A stretch of DNA of 50,923 nucleotides, filler included, from Sphacelaria rigidula (taxonomy: Eukaryota): the NCBI GenBank assembly GCA_964200075.2. It is 3 parts of 3 records of this genome, joined end to end, with 100 filler letters (N's around TTAATTAATTAA, not from the genome) between each part and the next. Parts side by side here need not be neighbours in the genome. Positions count along the whole stretch, not along the records: positions 1 to 16,917 come from CAXNAA020001219.1; 2 more parts are not named here. One strand, given 5' to 3'. Under the pieces are notes generated by a model, which was given only the letters and a program-made list of their open reading frames with translations, ran no database searches and was not told the origin of the DNA. Below, one piece after another: positions 1 to 12,500 of this stretch (position 1 is its first letter; every line of letters starts with the position of its first letter). Made by a program: the position numbers and the translations under genes.

Positions 1-13
1 CACTCGCTCACTC

Positions 14-87
14 GCTCCGTCTCGAAAGGGATGCGTGGTCAATGGTCAAACGACTAAGGCAAGCAACAAATGAGTACCCCCCCCCCC
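14..87 (+). repeat. Family A ~65-bp dispersed repeat plus poly-C tract
   Basis: GCTCCGTCTCGAAAGGGATGCGTGGTCAATGGTCAAACGACTAAGGCAAGCAACAAATGAGTAC-C(n). Seven copies are visible in the window. Confidence 0.93.
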
Positions 88-352
88 AAGTTCAGTTTTC
101 GGCCCCCCACCTTCAAGGCGGCATGGTCCCCAACCATATGTTGAACCTCTCGGAGGGCTATCAGACTTGAAGTGGATCCGGGCAAACTGTACCTACCGGC
201 CGCGGGGGTGATGTTGCAAGCCTATTTCCACCGACCTTGAAGTGGACGTCCTCGAAGGGGGGTAGGCAACTGTTTTTGCCATGATGGTGGTTTCCCTCTG
301 AAGTCAGTAATGTCCTCTGACGGCCCCACAAATGGCCCCGGAAGAAACTCCT

Positions 353-427
353 GTGTGACCCCGGCTGGTGCGCCCACATAGACCGGAAGGTGTAGGCCGG
401 CGTCCAGAATAGATGGGACGACAACAC
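353..427 (+). mobile_element. Isolated 3' tail of SINE family 1
   Basis: GTGTGACCCCGGCTGGTGCGCCCACATAGACCGGAAGGTGTAGGCC...GATGGGACGACAACAC matches 17018-17072, 18028-18113 and 18699-18780. Confidence 0.75.
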
Positions 428-539
428 GGCCCCCCTCGGAGCGAGGTTTTGATCTTTTGGTTACGCTACGGTTGATGGTGAGGGGTCATCATGAATGAGC
501 CTTGACGTGAGCGATATCTTGCGATACGTCCTCCATGTT

Positions 540-1050
540 TTGGTAATAGTGTGCAATGACGGTTATCGGTGCGGACTAGATAAAGAGGTATGTTTGTGTA
601 CCTTCACTGATGTACATCCGGGAAGGGTGTCTCGCGACGCACATGAATGATGCCTTGATGCGTATGTGCGATTCCTGGGCGTGAACTGACCGACCTTTTG
701 GACGTTACGTGAAACAGGCGGACTGCGGAAGAGAGTCAGGAGAGGGTGGAGCACATGGCGAGGGAGAGGGATGCTGCAACCAAGGACCAGGGTGTGTCTA
801 GTGACGCTCTGGCGCGCATGGCTATCCGTAACGCTCAGTTGAAGGCAAGACACTTGACGATTATTTCATTTTCCTGTTGGAGCGTTCTGTGGGTGTTACT
901 TTTATTGTTTTTTTGTAGTGTTTAGTTTTAGTTTTAGTTTTTGTCATCGTTATTGCTACTATTATTATGATTTTTATTTCATCATTAATATTTTCATTTT
1001 TAGGGTAGTTTTATAATAATAATAATAATTATTATTATTATTATTATATT
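540..1050 (+). mobile_element. Possible highly decayed 3' end of a non-LTR retrotransposon
   Basis: Frameshifted fragments loosely resembling an RTE C-terminus (EGCLA...RETGGLRKRV), followed by a T-rich stretch and an (ATA/ATT)n tail. Weak. Confidence 0.3.
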
Positions 1051-1731
1051 ATTGAAAATTTCTGTACATTAGCCCGATCTATCGAACCTGTGGTCACAGA
1101 CCTAGGCTTGCCCTCGCAGTACCATCACTATTAATATAACTCCTCACAATGTCAACGGTAAATTTTCGCCTTTGTGTTGAGCCTTGAAATGGGAATGTGG
1201 TGTAGATCATGTCCAAAGCTACATGTGAACGTTGCGATGGAGGGGTGTTACTCATGCTTTTACAGTATGCACACCTACATCATGTCGTAGAACAGCAACC
1301 GCAGGTTTGTGTACCTTTTCACCTTGTGATGAATATCCGTTTTTCTAATTCTCCTTTTTTTTTTCGTTTCTCGTGGTTTTGAAGCACACGCCGAAACGAG
1401 AATAAGGCGCAACCGTATCGATGATCGTGTCCTCCTCTACCGAGCGTTTTCATGTCGGGTACAGTCGAGGAATACTCATTCACGAGGGTCGTGAGATATT
1501 GACCGCCGAGAAGCTCGCTCACGGCTGTGGCATTAGGTGATGGAAGTCAGACCTTGACTGTGCTGGAAAACAGATTGCGTATAATTGAATTGTACACGTG
1601 TAGTGAAAATATCTGTATCCTTGTCATGGTTGTCTTCGCCTCCATCGCTTGCTGATTGAACATTTCTTACAGTATATATATATATATACATATATTCGTC
1701 TGTATATGTTATTTGCTGTTATTTGCTGCAG

Positions 1732-1851
1732 GAAGAAGTGACGGAGCTTCACAGCAAAGTGGACGAGCTGGAGGGGTTCTGCACGGAAGCTCTCGACGAG
1801 CTGGACGGAGCTAGGGCCGAAATTTCGAAGCTCAAAAGAGGCAGTGCTTGA
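1732..1851 (+). CDS. Terminal exon of a coiled-coil protein (rest of gene not identified in window)
   Basis: T-rich tract and TGCAG acceptor at 1727-1731, then EEVTELHSKVDELEGFCTEALDELDGARAEISKLKRGSA-TGA with a heptad pattern and coding-like composition. Confidence 0.75.
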   Translation, partial: EEVTELHSKVDELEGFCTEALDELDGARAEISKLKRGSA

Positions 1852-2066
1852 TCGTTTGACTCGATGATCGATCAACTGTTCGGAGGGATAAAGGATTGAC
1901 GACTGTATTTTTTCGGGGGTTGATCAACAGCGAACACCTTTTTGGTCGCAATGATTCAAGTGGGCCGGAACCTCCTCAGATCCGTGTATCCAGTAGAATT
2001 CCTGTAGGGTTGCCGCCTAAGAAACGATGAAAAGAGAGATCGACGGCGGTTTCTGCTGTGCCCCCA

Positions 2067-2068
<2 letters not shown>

Positions 2069-2099
<31 letters not shown>

Positions 2100-2106
2100 T
2101 GTGTGT
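2069..2106. repeat. (GT)n microsatellite
   Basis: Seen directly. Confidence 0.95.
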
Positions 2107-2520
2107 CGAACACCACCCCCCGAGAGTTCCGCAGTGCTGTCATTGATGCTTCTTTCTCAAGTCATGATGATTGCGATAGTTTGTTTGGCCGAGACTAAGT
2201 GGAACTTAATCTACGAGCCATCGTCGTAGCACCGCTCCCAGCTGTCGGAGTGATGATGATCAACAACTGTGGAGTGTGATGGCCGATAACTACACGCTGC
2301 ACCACCCTAGGCTGCAGCAAACCGTGCAAGATCCGGCGTCGACAACCGTGTCGGATGTGATGCTTTTGAGCTTTCCCTCGAGATTACGAACGTTCCATCA
2401 GTCGTATTTCTGGGAATATATGCGTTTGAATGCCATCGCAACCGTCACCTCGCCTTTGGACATCGCTCCCATTCTTGCGGCGGAATTTGCCGACTTTGAG
2501 GTAGGAGTCGTGCTACGATA

Positions 2521-2559
2521 GGGGGGCGTACTCATTTGTTGCTTGCCTTAGTCATTTGA
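2521..2559 (-). repeat. Family A repeat, partial copy
   Basis: GGGGGGCGTACTCATTTGTTGCTTGCCTTAGTCATTTGA is the reverse complement of the 3' half of family A. Confidence 0.9.
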
Positions 2560-3970
2560 TTCCGCGAAAAATGGGCTCCTAGGTGCTTCAGACGACATGA
2601 CACACTCGCGATGTGCTTGTATTTGGGTAAAAGCGGTGTCAATCAGTATGAATGAGCGTTATATATCGGAAGGAAGCGCGTTCGAACAACTGCTGCTGCT
2701 ATCAATGCCGATTGCAAGTAGAATTTCACGAAAGGAAACGGCCCAAATTACCCCCCGAAACGGCTCAAAATACCCTCCTCCCCTATCGTAGTATGACTCG
2801 TAGGTAGTACGGTGTAAAGCAGTTATTGTTGTTCCATTACCGGGGGGCGGGTTAGGAGTTCAGTGGGCGTGGTGAGAGGTGTTGGGGGGGAAAGGAGGGC
2901 GGACTCATCATGACGGTGTATTCTGGGCTGGGCTGGGCTGGGCTTCGGGGACTGTAGTGAGGTCGCAGGCATCACTTCAAGAGGGGAAACATAAAAACGC
3001 GGTTTTCTGAGTTGAAGGGTCGCGGGCGATGTATGTTCGTGTGTAGTGGGGCAAATTGCCATGTGATGTCGTTCTTTCTGTTTTCTTGATCTGTTCAACA
3101 CTAATTTTTCTTCGGTAGGAGGGGGAGGGGGGAGGGGGGGGGGGGGGGGAAGAAAAGTCTACACTTGACTGCAAGATTTGGGCGTGTGTTTTTTTTTCGG
3201 GTTGTAGGATAAAGTGTAGCGTGGCTGTCGCGTAGTAGGAAGTTTTTTCTTTGTTTTCTCTCTTGTGGAGAGCGCCGCTTGGAGCTGTGCTTGTTCCTCC
3301 ATAGAATGGAATCTCGCGTAACCCATATACCGTTCATACAAATCCGCGTGCGCAGCATTCACTGATCGGTATTGTGTGGATGTCTCGCAGCAGTGCAGCT
3401 GTTCGTGGGAATGGGGGAGGAAGGGAGGGAGGTGGGTGGGGGGGGATCCAAACGTACAGGCACGTACGAATTATACCATTATTACTCTTCGTGGGTTTGT
3501 ATGTCACACCAGGAATACAGCGTGAATTCGAGCCGTGCGCGGTGTACCGTTACGCAGCAGATATACAGTATATTACACATCCGCATCCGATTTTTGTTTT
3601 TTAAATGGCAAGTAGGATGGGTGGAGATTCGATGTTGTCGTCGTTGTTCTTGTTCACTTTTTTTTGTTGCAAACGCCATATTTTCTACTCGTAGGTGCCG
3701 GCTCTTTATTTGCCTCTTGGCGTCCTGATGAGTTGCGGGTCATTCCTGTATGGACACTGCTATATGGACGAGGGTGGTGGCGTGGGGGGTGTTCTGCCAG
3801 CGCTTTTAACGGGGTTGTATTTGTAGTCGTGCTTCCCGCATCATGGCATGTCTATACAACATTCAATAATACGTTACAAGTAGACTGCCACAATACATGA
3901 TTGTGGTGTGCTTTTGGCCCTTGTCGGCCTTCACTGTGTGCTTCGATTTAACTCCTACCTCGAAGTACCC

Positions 3971-4229
3971 GAGACTAGTGCCGCGGTAGTCCTCGGGCAG
4001 AAAAGTAGCCCGTTTGAGGAGGTGAAATCTACGTGTCGAATCAAAATGACGAAGCCAATGACAGCGAGCAGCTGAGAACTCCCGCGCGTGCGATCATTTT
4101 TGCCAATGTCGCCCATGTGCGGCGCTCAATGCCGTCTGAAACCCGCTGTCATGCGCTGCATGTCCATTTTGTTCGTGATATTTATGGGGCTGGTGTGTGG
4201 GAGGGGGGGGGTATCGCGGCATTACTCAT
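3971..4229 (-). mobile_element. MITE family 1, diverged copy with variant TIR
   Basis: Body (CAGCTGAGAACTCCC...GCCAATGTCGCCCAT) is the reverse complement of 9095-9343; ends GAGACTAGTGCCGCGGTAG / GTATCGCGGCATTACTC are imperfect inverted repeats. Confidence 0.75.
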
Positions 4230-5640
4230 GAACGTATATGGTTATCAGTTTTGCGGTGGAAGCTTCAACAGCTGCGTGGTCAAGGGGAAGGGCGACCCGG
4301 TACCTTGTGACCTTGTGAAAGGTTGCTGGCTAAGCCATCTCGTTTTGGCAACGTCGGACGCGGCAACCGGAAACGGTCAACACATAATAAGCTTGAAGTA
4401 TCATGATGTCTTTCGTTTCATCGCATGACGGGTTATGGCATGAAATATTCACCCATGAAACGAATACTTTTCTCCGAAGCCGAAGATTTCCCACGTTGGT
4501 CTCGTACTCCATGAGCGTGAAATACTATATACGTCTCAGTGCATTATCGCATAACCTGACAAATGTGATGCCGAAGATGGTGGAGAACGCATCACCTCGG
4601 GGCGTTCCTCCGTGGAAATGCTACATGCTGCGCACAGATGGATTGTTCAAACCCTATCTCACGCGAATAATCGCGGTACGGAGTCATCTCAGCTGCCTGT
4701 ATAGGTACCCTTTTTTTCAGGCATTGTTAACGGCCATAATAATCCCGCCGTCTCATCACGTGGTCTGAAGCGATCTAGATCACTCTTTCGGTGATCTGAG
4801 GGCTCCACATCAGGTCGCGCGCGCTATTATCTTGATTTTAGACTGGTACACTCTAGCCACGTGATTAAGGGCTTTATACTAAGATCAATCATCAGACACT
4901 TTTATTTGGACATTTTGCAAGCCCTTTGTTTACCCACAAGAGTCATTCCACGGTAGGGGCGGACCAACAAATTCTTGAGCTCGAAGTGTTGCGAGCCTTT
5001 CAACCCATCTAGAAACGACTTGCGAAGTATGTGAGACGCGACAATGACCATTAGAATTCCCGTGGGGTTCGGTTGTCTCGAATGGACATGAAAACGGTAA
5101 TGTCTTTCACCCATATTCTTGTGTAGCTTCTAGCTTTTGGAGCCGCTCAGTGAGAAATATCTACGCCCAAATGTGCCTAAATAGTGAGCGAGCAGTTCGC
5201 TAAGTTGCGAGAAGACGACATCGAGTCAGGAAGTGGGCGGTAGACGCCTGCTTGAGTGTTTGTATCGGAGGGGAGGGCTCATATTCCTGAGAGTCTAAGC
5301 CAGCTTGTTAGCGAAGATAACGGCGCATGTACAGTAGTGTGTGAAGTTTCTACTTCGCCTCCACCTAGTCCGACAAAACCCGGTTCTGAAGCATTTCCTA
5401 GCTTACTGTGTATGCGGCGGGTATCCTTACTACATCCATCTGGAGATAATCATTTGTTGTTGTACGTGATACCTGGGTCCCTCTGTGGGGCGGAGGCGGT
5501 GCCCGGCTGGAGTGCCTGTTCTTGCGCAGATGGCCCGCCTCCTGTGTTGGCCACGGATCCCGGTATGGTTGACGGTTGCGACCCCTGGGGGTGCTGGGTA
5601 ACAGCTTGTGAACGTGGGCGCGGCGGGGACGGTGGTGGCA

Positions 5641-7000
5641 CTACATTTCCTCGGGGTGGGCGGGGTACTCCATGTGCTGGTTGTCGCTGGGGTTGGGATT
5701 AGGGGGGGGGGGGGGCCCAGGTTGTCCTACGGGGGCCATGTACCAGCCACCACCGGCGGGGGGGGGGGGGCTGAGCGGCCGAGGCCGGTAGTTGGACCGG
5801 TTGGATCTTGGGGGGGCATGCTGGTAGGCTGCCCCCACTTGTCCAATAGCTGCGGCATGATCGTACATGTCTATGCTGACCTGCAGAGAGTGGCGTGGGG
5901 TCATGAGTATGGTTCTCTCGTACATGCGTGTGTAGTCTCATCATGCTCTGTAGAGTTGTTACCAGAATCGACATCGACGGTGGTTACAATGAATAGGGAA
6001 AAGTTGAACAGCACGACATAGTAGACGACGACGTATAAAAAAAGAATGGACAAAAAAGTCGACAAAAGCAAAGGACAGAAAGAAATGGCCGATCTAAACA
6101 AAAAAGAAAAGAGGGGAAAAAAAAGAGGAAAAAATAGAAATGTGAAAAAAAAATGACAGGAAAAAGCCCGAGCGATTCAGGGCAGCAGAGCAGATACAGA
6201 CACATACCAGCGGGCATCGCAGAGCCACGGACTAAGGACATGATCAACAACCGATATTAGTGGACAGGCAGGAAATGAGTATTCCACGCCACCCTGCACA
6301 TGTGACAGACAGTACGTTGAAAGGAAGGATTGTTTGTTTTCTCGCATTGCTAGGGTAAGACTGACGAGACGTGTTATTGGTCCGTACCTGCGTCACCGTT
6401 CCTCGTTCGGGACTGTACCTGCACTGGGTGATATTACCTGTGTTGCTGGGTGGGTTCGTCGGGCGCCGCGCTGCGTGTATCGTGTCATGTTCAACGTCGT
6501 ATGTATGATCGTTTCATGATGCAGAAGTGGTGAGTGTTTGATAACTGCTCGCGTCACAATCATTGTACAGTACACGCCGAGTAACACTTCAACTCATCAT
6601 GTCGGTGCTAACTCAGTAGGCGATGAAGCAGAGTCGGAGTCGGGCGTGCATCAAGTTACCTGACTACGTGGTACACACAAAAAATGAGAGAAAAATAATG
6701 AATGAGGATAAGAAGATGAAAAATGAGTGATGGGTGAGGGTTGCTTGCGGGCAAACGAACCTGAATGCCGAGTTTTTTTGTGCGGGAATGAGCCCTTCCT
6801 CTTTTTTTTCGGCGCAGGTGTCTGTAGTCTGATGGCCGCGTTGCTGTCGCAGAACTTTGTCATGTTCGTAAGCTGTGCACATGGATTAGCATTTCATGAC
6901 TCTCCGGGAGTCGATGAGAAAACGATTCGCTTCTTCTGCTTGTTTATCCAATGTTTCAGGGTGGGAAACGTCCAAAATGGGCCAATAATCAACCTTGCCT
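5641..7000 (-). pseudogene. Minus-strand gene remnant: Pro/Gln-rich exon 5880-5641, candidate exons 6470-6388 and ~6999-6761
   Basis: CTCTCTGCAG acceptor then VSIDMYDHAAAIGQVGAAYQHAPP...EEM*. The upstream exon-like stretch KVDYWPILDVSHPETLDKQAEEANRFLIDSRRVMKC*SMC... has an in-frame stop. Confidence 0.4.
5985..6302 (-). mobile_element. Solo 3'-UTR fragment of the RTE LINE family
   Basis: Reverse complement aligns with 16530-16890 (TTTAGATCGGCCATTTCTTTCTGTCCTTTGCTT, CTATGTCGTGCTGTTC, TACTCATTTCCTG). Confidence 0.75.
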
Positions 7001-7184
7001 ACGTCGAAAGTAAGCGTCAAAACTGGTCACATTGCTGATGCGCAACACCTCCGCGTTCAATCGATCCGAGATACAGGCAATGTGTGTCCTCGTCACTTAG
7101 GTGTCCCACACAACCAGCCCCTCGATTTCCTCGGGCCAAATCCCGACAGCTCAGCCTCCATCGATGGATGACCGAGTGCCCTCT

Positions 7185-7440
7185 GTGACTGATGCCGGGG
7201 TGACACCCCCCCCAGAAAATTTGCTGATTGGGGAGGCAAAATCTACACCCAAATTAAAATGACAAATTCAGAGCACACCAAGCAGCTGGGAACTGCCACG
7301 CTTGGGGTTGCCTTCGCCAATGTCGCCCATATGAGGCACTTAATTCAGCTGAAACCAGCAAGAATCATGCGCTCTTTGGCTAGTTTTTGGCGACAGCAAT
7401 GGCTTTGCTTCGGGCGGGGAGCTATCGCGGCACCACTCTC
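7185..7440 (-). mobile_element. MITE family 1, diverged copy with variant TIR
   Basis: Body GGGGAGGCAAAATCT...CAGCTGGGAACT...CGCCAATGTCGCCCATATGAGG matches the family; right end GCTATCGCGGCACCACTCTC. Confidence 0.75.
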
Positions 7441-9094
7441 GTACGCATTGGCTCAGCACCCGGTAAGCTCAATAATCTTGTAGATCTCGATCATCAGGTG
7501 CTTGAATATATGAATGCGCTGAGGGTTTGTTCTATGACCACATCACGGTTCGCAAAGTGTGGCGGAAGAGTGATGCCACGGTAGGGGTGTACCAATATTG
7601 TTTGAGGTTGGAATTGTTAGGAGCCATTTATCTAAGCCAAAACTCGACTTATGAAAATTTGTGAGAGTACGCCAGAATTACTATTCTAATGTGCTCCGGA
7701 TATCCCGAATGAATTTGCAAACGGGGACGCCCTGACCCATATTTTTGTGCGTCTAGAATCGTTAGGAACCTATGAACCACACCAGCTTTTGCGCAAAAGG
7801 TGCACTCCTACAGTAGCATTGCTCGCAACCACTTTTGTACTGGATTTAGAATGCTATGGAACCCCCCGAAATCTGAGTCCTGGAGTCCAACACGCCCGAC
7901 CTACAGCAGCAGCACGAGACAATGGAGCGATGGCCGAAGATACTGCAGATGAAGCATGAGGAGTACATAACCTAACAGCCCGTTGACAGACTTGGTCCAC
8001 AACAAAAGCTATCGAGGATGTCACCAAGGCAGACGGCGAAGCAGCGGTCATCCACACGGCAGCTGGGTTGTTAAGTCACTGCTGTTGCGCACGTTTGCGG
8101 CTTCGTGAAAACGACCCTAAGGATTAAATGATCCATCATGTGGGTGTCTTAGGAGCGTACTAGGGTGTTCGGTTTCGGAGAGAGGGTGCGTAGTCACGTT
8201 TTTCGGGCTTCAAAGTGCTTCTGTAGGGTCCCGGTATAAACCCTCGCACACACCCAAACACACGTAGGGGGGGCGGCACATGTCTATCTGAGGCCAATCA
8301 AAGCATGTTATCAACTGAAACATTGGTCGTGACTACGTACGTACGTTGAGCCTGTACTCCAACGAGTGTCAGGGAAAGAAGAAACTGTTGCTTCCCCAGG
8401 ACCGCCCCGAAAATAAGATTTCTAATAATACCTGCGTTTTTTTACCCCATGACGTCAGTATCGCGCGTATGGCCTCGCGACAAGAAGGCGGCTTGGAATA
8501 TAGCCTGTCGCACGATGCCTTTGGGTCGTTTTCCCTTCACAGCTTGAGAGTTACGCCACTTCCCGCAGGCGGTATTGCGCGTGTTTATGCCGCGTTTGCT
8601 TGTGGTATGGCATGAGGGGCCTCCTCTACAACGTTACGGCTGGTCCCAACAGTACCACCTGCAGCTGAGCGGGGACGTCTGAGCCACAGCAGTTGTCCAC
8701 AGAGCAGTCTTCTCAAGGTTGTTCGACCTCAAATCTCACCCTCTTGTAGTAGCACGGGGGTGCTGAGTGGAGTCCACTGCAACCTGCTTTTATTCTGTGT
8801 GTGTGTTTTGGCCTTACCCCCCCCCCCCCCCCCCCGGAATAACGCCTCGGTTTGCCTCTGGTCAACCAAATAAATTTTCCCCGTCCAGANNNNNNNNNNG
8901 GGTGCTGCGTGGAGTCCACTGCCCCCTGCTTTTATTCTGTGTGTGTGTTTTGGCCTTACCCCCCCCCCCCCCCCCCGGAATAACGCGTCGATTTGACGGT
9001 GTCAAACAAAATAAATGTTCCCGTTCAGCAACCGCTTTCCCCCGCCCCCTGGAGCAGACCCCAATCATTTCATTTCGTACTCCAATACATATCT

Positions 9095-9343
9095 GACACT
9101 TTCTACGATAGCCTCCCCGTAAAACCAGCCCAAGAGTGTCACGGGGAAAATGACCATACAGCGCCTGATGTTTGGGTTCAGGCTACATGAAGCGCTTCAT
9201 GTGGGCGACATTGGCGAGAACGAACCCAGCCGTGGGAATTCCCAGCTGCTCGTTTTGCTCAGCCTTTTCCATTTCAATTTACGTGAAAAATTTGCCTCCC
9301 CGAACCAGGCACTTTTTTGGGGGGGGCTATCGTAGAAAGTGTC
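9095..9343 (+). mobile_element. MITE family 1, full-length 249-bp copy
   Basis: Perfect 19-bp TIR GACACTTTCTACGATAGCC / GGCTATCGTAGAAAGTGTC; homologous copies at 19075-19313 and 45535-45786. Confidence 0.92.
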
Positions 9344-9545
9344 TACCATACACTCTCCGCATTTACGGTACGCCCCTTGAAACACCGAGCTACCACCGCT
9401 GTGGTGTTGTGGATATTGTGTCCAACTAGTCGATGACTTCAATGTGATGGTCAATTCGTTGTCCAAAGCAGCGACTCTGTGCGAGATATTGTGTACGTAC
9501 ACCAACGTTTTGTGGACGTTGCATCTGTTATGTCTTCGCAACCAG

Positions 9546-12500
9546 GCTCACTTGAGGACGGTTAAGATCAAGATCGCGGAGCTGGAACGGGCGATCGGTA
9601 CGTTCCGCCCAATGAGTGCCGCAGGAAAGTCCGGCCCTGAAAGCAGAGCGTACTGCCTCGCCGAGAAGTGGGCCAAACCAGCTGCAGAGAGGCAAGCGGA
9701 TTGATGATGAATGCTAAGCTGTAAAGAGCAAGGCGCACTTGTAGTCTTAGTGTCATCTAGGTTTCATACGAAAGTAGTGCGTGCAATTACCGTGCGGTGC
9801 TTCTCTGCGGTGCAAGTCGTTCGGCATGCATTCCCGTTATCTCCCTGCATTCCACAAGAATAATGTTTCCGTCGCGGTTACGTTGTTCGCTTTCAATCCG
9901 GTTCACCGGGGTATTGACTAAGTTTTAGGCGCCAACATATGGCCGAGTATCTGGCATACCCACGACACGAGACCCCGCTGCAACCTTGTTTCATCACTGC
10001 GAAAACAATTCCCCGATCCCCAGGGCGAGACGACGCCTCGGCACATTGGGAGCTTGTCGCGCTCCGGCGGCCACCCCGTATGAGAAGCAGGGAAAGTATA
10101 GTGATGCCGGTCCTGCCTGCGACGCTGGACCCGGGGGGGCAATCCTGGAATGGGATCGAAAAAACGGTACGGCTGTGGGTGGGTGGAGGAACACCACCGA
10201 CGATAAAAACGACTACATGGGCAATTCGACATCCAAGCAATGTGCTGGAGATGGTGCGTGGCAGACAACCGCGCGACTCGGGGTAGAGGTGAGACATTCA
10301 TCGCACCTTTATTTTTTGTCGGGACCGCTGAAGTCTACACTCTTTTTCAGTACCATACCCCTCTTTGCCTTTTCAGTGTCCTCATCTCCCTCCTCGCTTA
10401 CGTCCTGAATAATCCATGCAGGGACCAGGATCCGAGAGTCCTGCTACGGAATTTGAAGGCGCGAAAGCCGTGCATCGAGCCGCCGACCTGCTACGGCGTC
10501 ACGACTACCTCCTGGCTGCCCGCTCCTGCATCACCAGCCTCGATAAAGACGTTCGAAACCCAGCGGCTTTACGGGTAGATTGGATGTACCAAGAGTACAG
10601 TCGACGGTAGCTGAAATATAGCTTGTCAGAACGAGTCAAAACAACATCTGTTGCGGTTCGAATCCGGGCGCAAATGCGGGAAATAGTCATAGATGACTCC
10701 CCGTTTCAGCTCGCACCGCAAAGTACGTGTGCTTGAGAATGTAAAACAAGGTTCGCAGAACTCTCCTGCCTCTACTCGGTTTGCCCGGCCACCCTGTCTA
10801 TCCTTCGTAATTGCTGAACGTCTACGCTAGAGTGGGTGAGATCTGTGGTGCGGAAAGTGCTTACTTTGCTCAAGAGCAGTGGTGGCTCATGGAAACACCC
10901 ACAAGCTTGTGCCACCCCACATCACCTTGCTTTCTCCCTTTTAGGGCTGGCGTCGGTTGTCAAAAACGCTGTGAAACACGCCACTCACTGCGTAAATAAG
11001 GCAACCAGGTTAACGTTTATGTTTTCGCGCTGACGTTATTTTGTGGTAAACATGATGGGGGTCGAGTTCGATCATATTGTGCGGGACCAGAGAACCTCAA
11101 CTCTACGCAAAGGGGATGCTCGTGCTACCTAGTGTTTAAATGGTGAAATACCCATGAGGCAGTGTGGAATCTGCTGCTATCTCTGGACTTGATATACCAG
11201 AAAATAAGTAACCCATCCGAGGCTGTCATCCATATGCAAGCTAATTAGGACGTTTCGGGCCAGACAATCTCAGCTCCTAGCTTTGTAGGGATGCGAGGTC
11301 AACGGTTCTTATGACTACGGCATGCAAGATCACAAGTACACCCCCACGTCAACTTGCCGCAATACTTGTCAGGTCCTTCAGGAATCTTGCCGGCAGCTGA
11401 GCGCCTTCCCAAAGCAGCAGGACTTCCGCGCGGTGGTGGAGGTGTCCCTGGGTCCGGCGGCTACAGGTGTGCTCGGCGAGACGTTCACCGTACACTACTC
11501 GTAAGTATAAGCGAGAACCCGAGACAGGATTTTTGTGTGCCCTGCTGCTCATGCTATGTTGCCCACTTCTCGACACCGCATCCATCGCACCGCTGAAGTG
11601 CCTGATATCCACACCGGGCACATCCAACAAGAAGACTCCTCTCAGCGAGTGGAACACATTTGATTGGTTACGTGCCCTTCTTCCCCGCGGCAATGTTAGG
11701 TACCGACACCGTGATAATCCCGACAAAGCGCACCCGGAGAAGGACTGGGTTGGACTGTTCCTCTTGGACACAGCAGATATTCCCTTGCCTACGTCAGCCC
11801 ACCCTTCCGCAGCATCCACCCTTCTGAGCAGCGATTCGTCGGCCCAACTCATGGGTACCGCAGACGCAGGGCCGAAAATTCCTGAAAATAGCACTCCTCA
11901 GGATGTCGAAGCGCCGGGACCGCGAGGGATACCGGGCGGGTGCAACCCAGACGGTGGCGCATCTCCGGGTTTAGCGAGGACAAGAGAAATGACGGCACTT
12001 GCTTCTGGCGAAAGGCTGGTCGGGTGGAGAATCCTCCCCGGGGAAAACGAGGCGAGATGTGCTGCGTTCTCGGATTTCCCAGAACCGGTTCTCACTGCTG
12101 GAAAACATGGGAAAAGTCGGATTGTATGGGAGTCGCGCAGACACTCTTTTTCATGCTAGGTCGACACCTGAATAGCGGCAGCAAGCTCTATTACGTTTGT
12201 TGCGGGACCCATTGCACGTATTTTCCTTCAAGTACCCGCTTTCTGTAGAATGAGCGTGCGATCTGAACACCTTGCTTCCGGCCGCCGAATTCCACGTAGC
12301 TGCACATTGGATGTACTACAACGTGCTTTGGATTTGCAGCCGCGCTCACCGCATCGTGCTGGGTGCTGTTCAATTTGGCAGACGGTTGTTGTCGTGGACG
12401 AAGGTGTTATAGCAGTGCCTGGAGTGTATCTGGTCAAGTACTTCATTGGGGGTAGCGGCTGCGCCGTTGCCGAGAGCCAACGATTCAAGGTGAATTGGAA

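Noticed and set aside
14-77. Hammerhead ribozyme in family A
   Set aside because: GAAA is present but the CUGAUGA core is absent on both strands.
2243-2500. Possible isolated exon (SDDDQQLWSVMADNY...FADFE, GTAGGA donor)
   Set aside because: No phase-compatible partner exons were found, and it lies just after another gene's stop codon.
8759-9030. Tandem duplication of ~130 bp
   Set aside because: The copies flank a 10-N gap and diverge mainly after a poly-C run, as expected for an unmerged contig overlap with poor read ends.
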